Virus record (IMG/VR): IMGVR_UViG_3300042471_000698
Direction: 5' to 3' (one strand)
Length of the DNA stretch: 39,699 bases
Source: a virus
Shown here: one piece after another, positions 22,823 through 31,785 of the stretch
Layout of the letters: every line of letters starts with the position of its first letter
How positions within the stretch are numbered: position 1 is the first letter of the stretch
Program-made: the position numbers and the translations under genes
Notes under the pieces: generated by a model
Databases searched by the model: none
The model's input: only the letters and a program-made list of their open reading frames with translations
What the model was told of the DNA's origin: nothing

Positions 22823-22865
22823 CCAGCCCTTCGGGGCTGGTGATGGTCTGCGGGTGATGCCCGCA
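22823..22865 (+). other. Two intercistronic hairpins (one with a UUCG loop)
   Basis: CCAGCCC-TTCG-GGGCTGG at 22823-22840 and TGCGGG-tgatg-CCCGCA at 22849-22865. No U-runs. Lie just before the SD of 22882. Confidence 0.4.
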
Positions 22866-22881
22866 CTGAGGAGGCTATGCA

Positions 22882-23163
22882 ATGAAATACGAATTCCAAA
22901 GCACGCTGTACCGCTGCGCCGACGACCTCGCAGGTGCTATCGCGTATGAATGGATGACAGCAGGCGGGATGAACAACCCGCAGCAAGTCGACTACTTTGT
23001 CACCGGCCCAAACGCCACGACGCCAGCCCAACAGGCTGATGAGTGCGCCTACGGTTGGGGTCTTGACGACGAGTGGCTGGAAGCGCGCGATCTAAGTCGC
23101 GACGCCCTAGTCGCAGCGTTTGCTGATTTCTTCAAGACGCGGCCCGACCGTCGCGCAGACTAA
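22882..23163 (+). CDS. Hypothetical acidic protein, 93 aa
   Basis: Track ORF. SD GAGGAGG upstream. Asp/Glu-rich (DDLAG, DECAYGWGLDDEWLEARD). Last gene before the convergent terminator. Confidence 0.65.
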   Translation: MKYEFQSTLYRCADDLAGAIAYEWMTAGGMNNPQQVDYFVTGPNATTPAQQADECAYGWGLDDEWLEARDLSRDALVAAFADFFKTRPDRRAD

Positions 23164-23168
23164 CCCCA

Positions 23169-23198
23169 AGCCCCGCCCTAACCGGCGGGGCTTTTTTG
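23169..23198 (+). terminator. Rho-independent terminator at the convergence of the rightward and leftward blocks
   Basis: AGCCCCGCC-ctaacc-GGCGGGGCT followed by TTTTTT. Lies between the stop at 23163 (+) and the stop at 23203 (-). Confidence 0.85.
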
Positions 23199-23202
23199 TT
23201 GC

Positions 23203-26115
23203 CTAGTCCACCCGCTCGCGCTCGCCCTGCGCTGCGGCCATGCCCAGGCCGGCGGCAGGGGCGGCGATGCCAAGCATGGGGATGCCCTCGCGCTTGATAC
23301 GCGCGCGCATCTCGGGCGTGAGGTCGAGGATGTAGGCGCTATAGCCGACTGTCCCGTCTGCTTCGTTTCGTGTGGCCATTTCTTCTGCAGTCGCTTCCGC
23401 TTCATCGCGCTGTTGGGACAATTGTCGAATTGATAGCCAATCCGGCCCTTCAAGATTCGCTTCAAGAAACGCTTTTTGTCCTCTAGCAACTGCATCAATG
23501 GCTTCTTGCACCTTGGCTTCTTCGCTCGCCTTCCATTGCTCTATTGCTTGCTGGCGCTGCCGCTCCCAGGCAGCAAGCGTGGCATCAAAACTATTGCGCC
23601 GTTGCGCCATATTAAAATCGTTTTCAGCGTTCTGGATAGCCCGCTGAAACGCTGTTTCAATTGCGTTTGTCTGTTGTCGAACAATTGGATCTGTGCGCCA
23701 GTTCTCGCCAGCGGCATTTCTGATTGCGGCAATGCGCGCGCGCTTTTCTTCCAGCAGTGGCGCTTTCGCCGCGTCAAATGCTTCTCGCGCGCGCACCAGC
23801 GCCTGACGCTGTTCGTCTGTAATCGTTGTCGGCCTTGGCGGCGCTAACCTTTCGTCGAAGGTCGCCGTTTTTAATTGCTCCTGCGCGGCCATCATTTGGC
23901 GGCGCAATTCGTTTTGTGTGTTCTGTGCCGCCCGCATTTTCACACGGTGTTCAGCAAGCTCTCGCTCTAAATCATTAAGGCGCGTTTGCTTTTCGGCAGG
24001 GAACATCTGCTCAAACAGTTGCTCCTTCCTGTCTTCATCGACCACTAGCCTTTTCGGAGACGAAATTATGTCCCCGACGCGCACACGCCCGCCCAGCGCC
24101 TTTGCAACCCTGTCCAGCGCCTCGCGCACGAAAGTATCGTAATACTGATTTGCTTGGTCGTTGCCTTGGATGTCCGCGCTTGTCTTGCCTGTCGGAAACG
24201 AAATGCTGTCGGCATTCTGATTTGCCGCTTTTATTGTCAGAGCGCGCACGCCTGCATTGGTCCATTGTTTCGTGTTTTCTGTGAGAGGGGGCGTTCCGTC
24301 TTGAAGATTAATTCGGCCCAAACGCAATCCCTGCGCCAGGTCGCTTTGCAGCTGACGAACAAACAGTGAGGAACCGCCCTTGTCATCAGGTCTTTTCGCC
24401 CACAGACTGTGCATCAATTCGCCTTTTTGCTGCGTATGGGGACCGACTTTTTCAGCGCCAGCACTCCCGGGCGGCAACAGAAATGAACTCTCCCCTCTTG
24501 TGATATTTGGATCTTCGTCGATGTCATATCGGCTTCCGACGCGGCCCATCTGCCGCTCGCGCAGTTCAAACCTGTTCGACCTGATATAGTCTTCGACCTC
24601 TTGCCGCGTCACGGTACGCCGCCCCTCAAAAGCGTCGCGCAGACCCAGCAGGTCTATTTCCGCCTTGATGTCGCCCTTAAAGCCCTCAAGCCCTGCGCCC
24701 TTCTGGATCAGCGCCACGGCCTCGCTGGGCGGCATGGGCCGATCCGGCAGGCGTTTCGCAGCCTCTAAAGCGCTCAACCGGAAGCCCAACGGGTCTAGCT
24801 CAGGCGGACGGATTGGCGGGGCAGACGCTTGCCCCGGCCCTGCCCCCATCGCGCTGACGAACGACCCCGGCCGATACAGATCGCTGAGTGCGTCCATCAT
24901 TGACCCGACGACAGATCGGGGCGCGTTTGGGTCCGGTTGGTCTGGAGTAAAAAAGGGTCTGCGCGCTGTCGGCATTGGCGGCTCCATAGGCTGCGGCGTC
25001 TCCGCTCTCACCGGCTCCATCGGCGGCGGCGGCGTCAGATCCGGCGCCCCCCGCGTGCTCCCCGGCTCATACAGATTGCCCAGCCCCAGCTTATCAAGAT
25101 ACGCCCTTGCCGCCTCACTCGTGCCGGGCGGGTTCTGGCGCTCGGCAGGCGCTGGGCGCAGGCGCTCCAGATCAGCGCGCGCTGCGGCCAGGTCGGCTTC
25201 AATCGCGCCACGGCCCTGCGTGAGGCGCGCCGGAAAGGCCTCTTTGCGCCAGCTTTCGCCAGGCCCGCCACGCGTGCGGAGTTGACGCGTCTGGCCAAGC
25301 TGCATGCCGCTGCGTGTCATATCGTCCAGCTCGGCCTCGAGCGCGCGCACTTGGTCCAGCGCCTCGTCGTAGGTGGCGGGCGCGGGGCGCGGAGCGCGCT
25401 CGGGCGCAGGCGGCTCGGTGTAGTCAAAGACGCTCGGGCGGGCGGGGCGCAGCGCCGACCCTGCCGGCGCGGCCTCCGGTTCGGCAACCTGCGCCAGCGT
25501 GCGCCCTGCCTGCGTCGCGCCGATAAACGGAATAGCGCCGCCCGCGACAGACGCAGCAATCTGGCCGACCGGCCCAGCGCCCGCAGCCTCCGCGCCCATC
25601 CGCGCAGCCTCGCCCGTCGTTGCGCCGGCAAGCTGACGCCCCGGCATGGCCGCAAGCTCCGTCAGCGTCCCGCGAGACACTGCGCCAGTGGCAAGAGGCA
25701 CAGCCGCCCGCGTAGCGCCAGCGACGCCACCGCCAGCGGCCAGCGCGCGGCTGAGATTGCCAACCGTCTCCTCGACCGCTCCACGCGGCTCTGGCACGCC
25801 AAGCGCGGTCAGCCCCTGCCCGACAACCTCACGCAAAGGCTGGAAGCTTTCCATCTGCCCAGTCGCAGCAGCCGCGCCTGCGGCCAGCGGGTTGGTGACG
25901 ATGCCCGCGACATCCGCCGCGCCCTCTGCCAGATACCGGCCCGTAAGCGCCACCTGCCGCCCCACTTGCCGCAAATACAACCCGCCCAGTGCGTTGCCGA
26001 CTTGGGACAGCGCCTCGCGCGCCTGCTCGGCTGGCGTCGGCGGGCGGTAGACCTGTTGTAGACTGTAGCCGGTGGGGCTCGACGGGTCTGGCACCATGCG
26101 GGTTTCGTAAGGCAT
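23203..26115 (-). CDS. Large internal virion/ejection-type protein, 970 aa, compositionally chimeric
   Basis: Last gene of the leftward block. The Ala/Gly-rich N-terminal ~200 aa are paralogous to the N-terminus of 26631..28889. The C-terminal half is coiled-coil-rich and encoded by visibly lower-GC DNA. Confidence 0.8.
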   Translation of the reverse strand: MPYETRMVPDPSSPTGYSLQQVYRPPTPAEQAREALSQVGNALGGLYLRQVGRQVALTGRYLAEGAADVAGIVTNPLAAGAAAATGQMESFQPLREVVGQGLTALGVPEPRGAVEETVGNLSRALAAGGGVAGATRAAVPLATGAVSRGTLTELAAMPGRQLAGATTGEAARMGAEAAGAGPVGQIAASVAGGAIPFIGATQAGRTLAQVAEPEAAPAGSALRPARPSVFDYTEPPAPERAPRPAPATYDEALDQVRALEAELDDMTRSGMQLGQTRQLRTRGGPGESWRKEAFPARLTQGRGAIEADLAAARADLERLRPAPAERQNPPGTSEAARAYLDKLGLGNLYEPGSTRGAPDLTPPPPMEPVRAETPQPMEPPMPTARRPFFTPDQPDPNAPRSVVGSMMDALSDLYRPGSFVSAMGAGPGQASAPPIRPPELDPLGFRLSALEAAKRLPDRPMPPSEAVALIQKGAGLEGFKGDIKAEIDLLGLRDAFEGRRTVTRQEVEDYIRSNRFELRERQMGRVGSRYDIDEDPNITRGESSFLLPPGSAGAEKVGPHTQQKGELMHSLWAKRPDDKGGSSLFVRQLQSDLAQGLRLGRINLQDGTPPLTENTKQWTNAGVRALTIKAANQNADSISFPTGKTSADIQGNDQANQYYDTFVREALDRVAKALGGRVRVGDIISSPKRLVVDEDRKEQLFEQMFPAEKQTRLNDLERELAEHRVKMRAAQNTQNELRRQMMAAQEQLKTATFDERLAPPRPTTITDEQRQALVRAREAFDAAKAPLLEEKRARIAAIRNAAGENWRTDPIVRQQTNAIETAFQRAIQNAENDFNMAQRRNSFDATLAAWERQRQQAIEQWKASEEAKVQEAIDAVARGQKAFLEANLEGPDWLSIRQLSQQRDEAEATAEEMATRNEADGTVGYSAYILDLTPEMRARIKREGIPMLGIAAPAAGLGMAAAQGERERVD

Positions 26116-26124
26116 AGCGAGCCC

Positions 26125-26634
26125 CTAGCGGATGATCACCGACACTTCGTCGCCTGCAGCGAGCCCGGTCACGAACGTAATGCTCGTCGATGAGGTCTCG
26201 GCGTAGTCAGCCGTACGCTCCATCAGCAAGCCGTTGACGTAGACCTGCAGGTCATTCGTCCCCGGATCATAGGACGCGCCAAGCGTGAACAGCGTCTGCC
26301 CTGCGGTCGCCGTCAGCGTCTGGCGGTAGCCGAAGGCGGGCGCGGAGAAGTTCAAGTCGCTGTAGACCAGCGCGCCGGTCTTGTCCTTAATCAGGATGCT
26401 GTAGGGCGACTGGCTGGCGATGATGTTGCTCGGTGAGCCGTTGCGACTTGGGTAGCCCGCCAACGTGCGGATCGGCTGAGGAGCCGTCGTCGTCAGGCTG
26501 TTGTCCCAATACACCGTGATCGGGTTGGTCTCAGGGTTCTGGCCCGGGAGGCCGATATAGATGTAGCCCGCCTCAAGCGGCTCTCCCTTGCGGTCGTAGA
26601 AGAGCAAGAAGGGCTGGGTGACGATGACGCTCAT
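26125..26634 (-). CDS. Fibre/spike N-terminal-domain-like protein, 169 aa
   Basis: FLLFYDRKGEPLEAGYIYIGLPGQNPETNPITVYWDNSLTTTAPQPIRTLAGYPSRNGSP resembles a recurrent N-terminal module of phage fibre/depolymerase proteins (from memory). Confidence 0.5.
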   Translation of the reverse strand: MSVIVTQPFLLFYDRKGEPLEAGYIYIGLPGQNPETNPITVYWDNSLTTTAPQPIRTLAGYPSRNGSPSNIIASQSPYSILIKDKTGALVYSDLNFSAPAFGYRQTLTATAGQTLFTLGASYDPGTNDLQVYVNGLLMERTADYAETSSTSITFVTGLAAGDEVSVIIR

Positions 26635-28889
26635 TTCTGCCTCATCTGGGCTGGGGTCACGGGACGAGGCTCACGATAGCCTGACTGTGCGTAAGACGAT
26701 GCGATAGCGCCGCGAAGCCAGCGGCTCGGATCGGCAATGCCGGCCTCCTTCGCCCACGCTCGGAAAGCCTGGCTTGCCTCAACGCGGCGGACGGCTTTCT
26801 CATCCACGCGCGTCTTCGTGCTCATGGTGATGACCAGCTCTTGGAACTCTGGCGACGAGAACAGATCACCAGCCGATTGCAGTGCATCCTTGCGCGAAGC
26901 GCTGACCATCTGATCCAAAGCCATTGCCGTTGCGGCACCTGCTATCGGCCCCCCGGCTGTGCCAGCAACGACAGATGCCGCACCCTGCGCCGCGCGCCGT
27001 CCCACAGTGCTGTTCAGCGCGCGCGCCACCAAGCCCTCGCCGGTCAGTGCCTGCACAAGCGCCTGGTTGGCTTTGCCCGTCGTCAACACCTGCGCGCGCG
27101 CATCGGTCACGCGGCGACTGACCTCATAGAGATCGCGCAGAAAGCTTTCACCTTCTGGCCCCATCGCTTGGGCGACAAGCCGATAAGTCTCGCTGTTGCG
27201 CCGGATACCCTGATATAGCGTTGCGTACTGAGCAAATCCAAAAGCGCCTTCCGGTCCTCCGCGACTAAGCGCTGCGATTGTGCTGCCGATCGCCTGCCGG
27301 CGCAGATCCTGGGGGATGGCGCGCAGTGCGCGATTAAGTCCGCTGGTGTCTCCACGACCGCCAGAGGATAGCGCCGTACGAAGTTGCGACGCGATAGAGC
27401 CCTCTTGATCGGACCCGAATACTTTCGTGATGCGCCTCTCAAGCGCTTTTTGCATTGCTGTCGTTTGGTTCGCAAGGCGAAGATCGGCGCGTAACTGCGC
27501 GCCCCCGACGCGCTCAACGGTCGCGAGTTGATCTTCAGCAAGTGCTGAATACAAACGCTTAAGCGTCGCTTGGTCAACGTCAGCGTAAGGCCCTTCAAAC
27601 CGCTCCAGAGCGCGCCCGATTGCTTGCTTCTCGCGCATCAGGGCGAAATAACTCACCGGCTGGCGTTGGTTAGTGACCATATTGAGCAGCCGTTGCTCTT
27701 GCGCCGTCAAACCCCTCTGCCCGCGCAGGTTTGCAATGACTGTATTAAGGGCGCGCACCGTGTTGTCAGGCTCCACAATCGTGTTCTGCGGCACCCGTGC
27801 GTCGATTGTGTCGTAAAGTTGTTTGGCCTGCCGTTGCAGGGTGTCGCGCTGGTCAGTCAGCGCTGTCCGAATGCGTGACGATACCGCCGACAGATCGGGT
27901 GAACTGTCGATCTGCGTCAGTGCATCATCAGCCGCACGCGCCGCCTCCCGCACTTGATCGCGCCATGTCGCACTGGCGACAGAGCCAGCCACGCTGCGCG
28001 TCAGGCCCACGGCTTCCCGAAGCTGCGTATGATCCGCCCAGACGTCGGGCGGCAGATCAATGCCCAGGCGCTGCGCTGCGGCAAGCGCCTCCGGGTCTAC
28101 CTTCGCCAGCTTCGCCAGCTCCTCAACTGCTCTCTGGCTTCCCAACCCGCCGGTTGCTGCCGTGCGGACCAGCTGACCCAGCTCAGCCGCTGTGATCTCG
28201 CGCTGCGGCGGCGGTGGAGCCTGGCGCGGCATTGGCACGCGCAACGTTGCGCCCGTCTCCGTCTGGAGTTCGCGCGTCACCGTCTGCGGCGCAGTCGGCG
28301 CACCGCGCACCAGTGCAGGCGCCACGCCGCCCAGAACGCCTGCCGCAAACTCCTCAACGGGCGTCCCGCCCATCTCGCGCGTAGCCTGCGCCGCGCCGGT
28401 TGCGCCAGCAGCGCCTGCGAGTTGCAGGCCGGGCTCCTCCGCAAGGAAGCGGCCAGCCTGGCCAACAGCACCAGGCGCTTGCGACAACATCCTGCCAGCA
28501 GCGACGCCCCCGCCCGCGCCAGCCACGGCGCGCGATGCTTCGCCCACAATCTGCTCAACCGGTCCCTGCGGTTCGGGGACGCCGACTGCGGTCAGCGCTT
28601 GGCCAACGCGCTCGCGCAGCGGGACGAACTCCTCTTGCCGCCCTGCCGCTGTCAGCGCCATGAGGCCCAACGGATCTGCGACAATGCCAGGAACCGCAGC
28701 AGCGCCCTCTGCAAGGTATCGTGCCGTAAGGCCAAGTTGTCGCGGCACTTCCTCCATGATCGTCTGGCCAATCGGCTCACGCGGTTGCTGCGCCAGCATC
28801 TGCTCCACGAGCGCAATCGCCTCGGCCTCAGACGTGGCCTCCACCTCAACCTCAGTGCCGTCGTCCAGAGTGATGATATAGCGCTCCAT
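26631..28889 (-). CDS. Large internal virion/ejection-type protein, 752 aa
   Basis: The ATG at 28889 overlaps the upstream stop (TGATG); the track uses GTG 28892. N-terminal RYLAEGAAAVPGIVADPL...VPLRERVGQALTAVGVPEPQGPVEQIVGEASRAVAGAGGGVA is shared with the 970-aa protein. Confidence 0.8.
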   Translation of the reverse strand: MERYIITLDDGTEVEVEATSEAEAIALVEQMLAQQPREPIGQTIMEEVPRQLGLTARYLAEGAAAVPGIVADPLGLMALTAAGRQEEFVPLRERVGQALTAVGVPEPQGPVEQIVGEASRAVAGAGGGVAAGRMLSQAPGAVGQAGRFLAEEPGLQLAGAAGATGAAQATREMGGTPVEEFAAGVLGGVAPALVRGAPTAPQTVTRELQTETGATLRVPMPRQAPPPPQREITAAELGQLVRTAATGGLGSQRAVEELAKLAKVDPEALAAAQRLGIDLPPDVWADHTQLREAVGLTRSVAGSVASATWRDQVREAARAADDALTQIDSSPDLSAVSSRIRTALTDQRDTLQRQAKQLYDTIDARVPQNTIVEPDNTVRALNTVIANLRGQRGLTAQEQRLLNMVTNQRQPVSYFALMREKQAIGRALERFEGPYADVDQATLKRLYSALAEDQLATVERVGGAQLRADLRLANQTTAMQKALERRITKVFGSDQEGSIASQLRTALSSGGRGDTSGLNRALRAIPQDLRRQAIGSTIAALSRGGPEGAFGFAQYATLYQGIRRNSETYRLVAQAMGPEGESFLRDLYEVSRRVTDARAQVLTTGKANQALVQALTGEGLVARALNSTVGRRAAQGAASVVAGTAGGPIAGAATAMALDQMVSASRKDALQSAGDLFSSPEFQELVITMSTKTRVDEKAVRRVEASQAFRAWAKEAGIADPSRWLRGAIASSYAQSGYREPRPVTPAQMRQK

Positions 28890-30220
28890 CACTGACCCGC
28901 CTTCCGCACGTCAACAATGCGCCCGGTTGACTGCGCGCCTGATGGTGCTGGGCGGCGATTTACTATGCCGCCAAACCTTTGCGCTGCGGGCGGTGGTGGT
29001 GGCGGTGGAGCAGGTGGCGCGGGTGGCGGCAACGGCGCTGATGCGCCCAGAAACACATTCTCTGGATTAAGGCCCCGTCGTTCAGCAAACCGCTTGTAGT
29101 CGGCCATGTTCTTGCGTTGACGGGCCTCAATCGCATTGAAGGCCGCTGTTGCTTGCGCCATCAATTCCGAACGCGTTTTTTCGTTCAATAAGTTTCCGCT
29201 TCTCAGACTGCTCACATATGTATCAAGCTTGTTTAGGATGCCGCCAATGTTTTGCGTCTGCGCGAATTCGGTTTCGCGAACACCAGTGGCGGGATCAAGA
29301 ATGCGGCGGAACATTGTAATCAACGCAAGATCGCCTGCGCCGGTTCCAAGCCGTCTGCTAACTAGCATTTGCTCGTAGGCATTGCGCGCGTCTGCGAAAA
29401 CGGTTGATGCCTTGTTCACTTCCGTCCGCAAACTGTCTTCCGCTTTCATTTGGTCTTCCGGCGGCAGGAACCCTCCACCAGCATTCCTTGCCGCCTCAAC
29501 CTGCGCTGCAATCTGACCAATGCGCGCGCCAACCTCTTGCGTCTCGCGTTTCACTTTTGCCGTCTGCGCTTGCGTCAGGCCAAGGTCAGCGGCCATGTTC
29601 TCGACTTCCAGCGCTGCCTTTTCCCGGCCCGCTGGCGCATTCATAAACGCCTCACGCGCTTTCACGATCTGCTCAAACCGCTCGGGATCAAGCACGGCAA
29701 GCTGCATCGCAACGTTCTGCTTAAAAGCCGTCGGGTCGCTTTTGAGCATTTGCAACATGCCGTCTACGACCTTAGCGCCATCCATATCGCCGCTGTTTTC
29801 GTAAGCGGCTTTCTGTTGTTCCAAGCTTGCTTGCGCGCGCGGCATGTTGTTGGTTTCGATCTCGGCAAAAATCCGCACCAAGTCGTTGAAGCCTGCTTCT
29901 TTCTGCTGCGCGGATTGTTGAGAAATGATCTGCTGGATCGGCTGCGCCAAGGCAGGGTTTCCGGAGATAACCTTCAGGACGTCCGACGCTTTCCAGTCGC
30001 CAGCATCGATCTTGCCGTACAGCGCCGCCATATCGTTCTGCATTCGCTGCGCCGCCGCCATCTCCTGCTCGACCTTCATCCGCTGCGCTTCGGCCTGCGC
30101 CTGCTGGGCCTGGATCAGCGCGCCCTGTTGTTGCTGCTGGCGCAGGCCCTGCCCCAGCTGCAACCCTTGCACGGCGGCTTCCAAGGGGTTGACCACGTCC
30201 ATCTGATAGTTAATCGCCAT
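28889..30220 (-). CDS. Coiled-coil virion protein with C-terminal poly-Pro tract, 443 aa
   Basis: Track ORF. Gln/Ala-rich coiled coil. PLPPPAPPAPPPPPPPAAQ near the C-terminus. Position matches the ejection proteins of P22-like phages. Confidence 0.7.
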   Translation of the reverse strand: MAINYQMDVVNPLEAAVQGLQLGQGLRQQQQQGALIQAQQAQAEAQRMKVEQEMAAAQRMQNDMAALYGKIDAGDWKASDVLKVISGNPALAQPIQQIISQQSAQQKEAGFNDLVRIFAEIETNNMPRAQASLEQQKAAYENSGDMDGAKVVDGMLQMLKSDPTAFKQNVAMQLAVLDPERFEQIVKAREAFMNAPAGREKAALEVENMAADLGLTQAQTAKVKRETQEVGARIGQIAAQVEAARNAGGGFLPPEDQMKAEDSLRTEVNKASTVFADARNAYEQMLVSRRLGTGAGDLALITMFRRILDPATGVRETEFAQTQNIGGILNKLDTYVSSLRSGNLLNEKTRSELMAQATAAFNAIEARQRKNMADYKRFAERRGLNPENVFLGASAPLPPPAPPAPPPPPPPAAQRFGGIVNRRPAPSGAQSTGRIVDVRKAGQ

Positions 30221-30223
30221 GGC

Positions 30224-31057
30224 TCACACCCTCACTGGCAAACGCGGAATGCCAATATCTGCGGGCAGGCCAGGCGGCGTGATGCCTGGACCCATCATCG
30301 GCCCCATGTAATTCATCGCGCTTGGAGCAGCCCCCCTGCCGCCCGTCCCGCCAAACGCCCCCAGCCCCGCAGCCAGGCCCACGCTCCCGGCGATATTGCC
30401 CCACATATTCGCGGACGCCTGCCCCCGCGCGAGCGCGAGCTGTGCGGCGATGTTGCCGCGGCCCATCGCCTGGTTGGCGAGCGCCTGGCCCTGCTGAGAG
30501 TAGATGTTGCTGATGTTGGTTCCGAATGCCTGCCCCTGCGCGGCTTGGCCGGCGGCTGAGGCCTGGCCCACTTGTGTCAGGCCGCCAAGGCGGGTGTATT
30601 GCTGATTGATCAAGCTAGACAGCACTTCTGGCCGAAACTTCGCCAACGCCTGCTGCACATTGCCGCCGCGCAGACCGCCGGTCGCTGACGCCTGCTGCAG
30701 GATCGCCTCTTCGCCCTGCCGGGTCAGCGCAGCGAATTCCGGACCCATTTCAATCTCGCGGATCGCGTTGGCCTGCGCCTCCGGGCCTGAGACGCCAAGC
30801 AACGCCATCTGCCGCGAGAGCGCTCCCCCGCCCGCTTCGACGTAGGGCTTGAACAGGGCCTGGATCGCGTCGAACTGTCGGCGCTGCTCCTCGAGCGCCA
30901 TGCGCGAGCCCTCAAGCTGCGCCTGCGTCGCTGCGTCTGTCGCCTGCGTCTGAGCGGCTGCGGCGCTCTTAGCGGCGCTCTTCTGCGCGCGCGCCGACAT
31001 TGCGCCACCGACGACGCTGGATCCAATGATGGCCGCAGCGATAAGAGGAAAAGGCAT
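30224..31057 (-). CDS. Gly/Ala/Gln-rich internal virion protein, 277 aa
   Basis: Track ORF. N-terminal hydrophobic segment FPLIAAAIIGSSVVGGAM and a Gly-rich C-terminus. Confidence 0.7.
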   Translation of the reverse strand: MPFPLIAAAIIGSSVVGGAMSARAQKSAAKSAAAAQTQATDAATQAQLEGSRMALEEQRRQFDAIQALFKPYVEAGGGALSRQMALLGVSGPEAQANAIREIEMGPEFAALTRQGEEAILQQASATGGLRGGNVQQALAKFRPEVLSSLINQQYTRLGGLTQVGQASAAGQAAQGQAFGTNISNIYSQQGQALANQAMGRGNIAAQLALARGQASANMWGNIAGSVGLAAGLGAFGGTGGRGAAPSAMNYMGPMMGPGITPPGLPADIGIPRLPVRV

Positions 31058-31452
31058 CAGTCAGTCTCCTCTTCTTCGCGCTCTTCCCACGCCTTGCACG
31101 TTCGCATCGAGGAGCACGCGAACTCATGCTCTTTGCAGTATCCGCGCGATCCGCCAGCCTCGTCGTAAGGCGTTACAGGGATGCTCTCTAGCATTTCCTG
31201 CGTGCCTTCGCAGCTTTTGAAGTACTCGCAGTTGACGCACATGCGCCTTCTGGCTTCCGCCTCCTCGACCAGCCAGGCTTTGGCCATGGCTGACCAGAAT
31301 GGCTTGTTCGCGCCCTTGGCGAGGCTTGGCGCGTCCGGGCCATAGCCCCACTCTTCCTGCGCCATCTGCAAGTGCAGGCGCGACTGGCGAGGCGTAAGCT
31401 CGACCTCGGGCAGGCCGCCCAACTCACCCAGGCGCTCGAAAAAGTCCTTCAT
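31057..31452 (-). CDS. Cys-rich (metal-binding?) virion-module protein, 131 aa
   Basis: Track ORF. CVNCEYFKSCEG...GYCKEHEFACSSMRTCKAW. Coupled overlaps at both ends. Confidence 0.65.
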   Translation of the reverse strand: MKDFFERLGELGGLPEVELTPRQSRLHLQMAQEEWGYGPDAPSLAKGANKPFWSAMAKAWLVEEAEARRRMCVNCEYFKSCEGTQEMLESIPVTPYDEAGGSRGYCKEHEFACSSMRTCKAWEEREEEETD

Positions 31453-31784
31453 GACACTTCCCGCCCGCTAACACGGAAGGTCAGGCTCGTCGCCGCTCCC
31501 GCGATGGTGGAGATGAACGAACCCGGCTCAAGGATCTGCCCGACCAGCTCGGGGCAGAGGTAAGTCTCGTCAGGGACGATCGTCTTATTGTCGATGACCA
31601 GATTACTGTTACCAGCCGACCCGCCCGACGTGACGAGGTTCACGCCCAGCGTCACGTTGCTGGCGCTCGTGTTGGTCACGGTCGCCTTGTCGATGATCGC
31701 CTTCACCGCGGTCGCGGTGTACTGCGTCGTCTGGCTGTTCTCCAGCTGCTTCGGAGGCACTAGCACTTTTGCGGTAACGGCCAT
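31449..31784 (-). CDS. Hypothetical tail-module protein, 111 aa
   Basis: Track ORF. Beta-rich, Thr/Ser/Asn-rich. ATGA overlap downstream. Confidence 0.65.
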   Translation of the reverse strand: MAVTAKVLVPPKQLENSQTTQYTATAVKAIIDKATVTNTSASNVTLGVNLVTSGGSAGNSNLVIDNKTIVPDETYLCPELVGQILEPGSFISTIAGAATSLTFRVSGREVS

Positions 31785-31785
31785 A

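Noticed and set aside
24937-26061. Long antisense ORFs opposite the structural genes (for example 3656..4501+, 9504..10436+, 24937..26061+, 27954..28895+, 29450..30559+, 32625..33578+, 15160..15789-, 20521..21231-)
   Set aside because: These are typical stop-poor shadow frames of high-GC DNA. Their products are Arg/Ala/Pro-rich low-complexity sequence. They have no SD or coupling signals. The opposite strand carries genes with recognisable phage homology.
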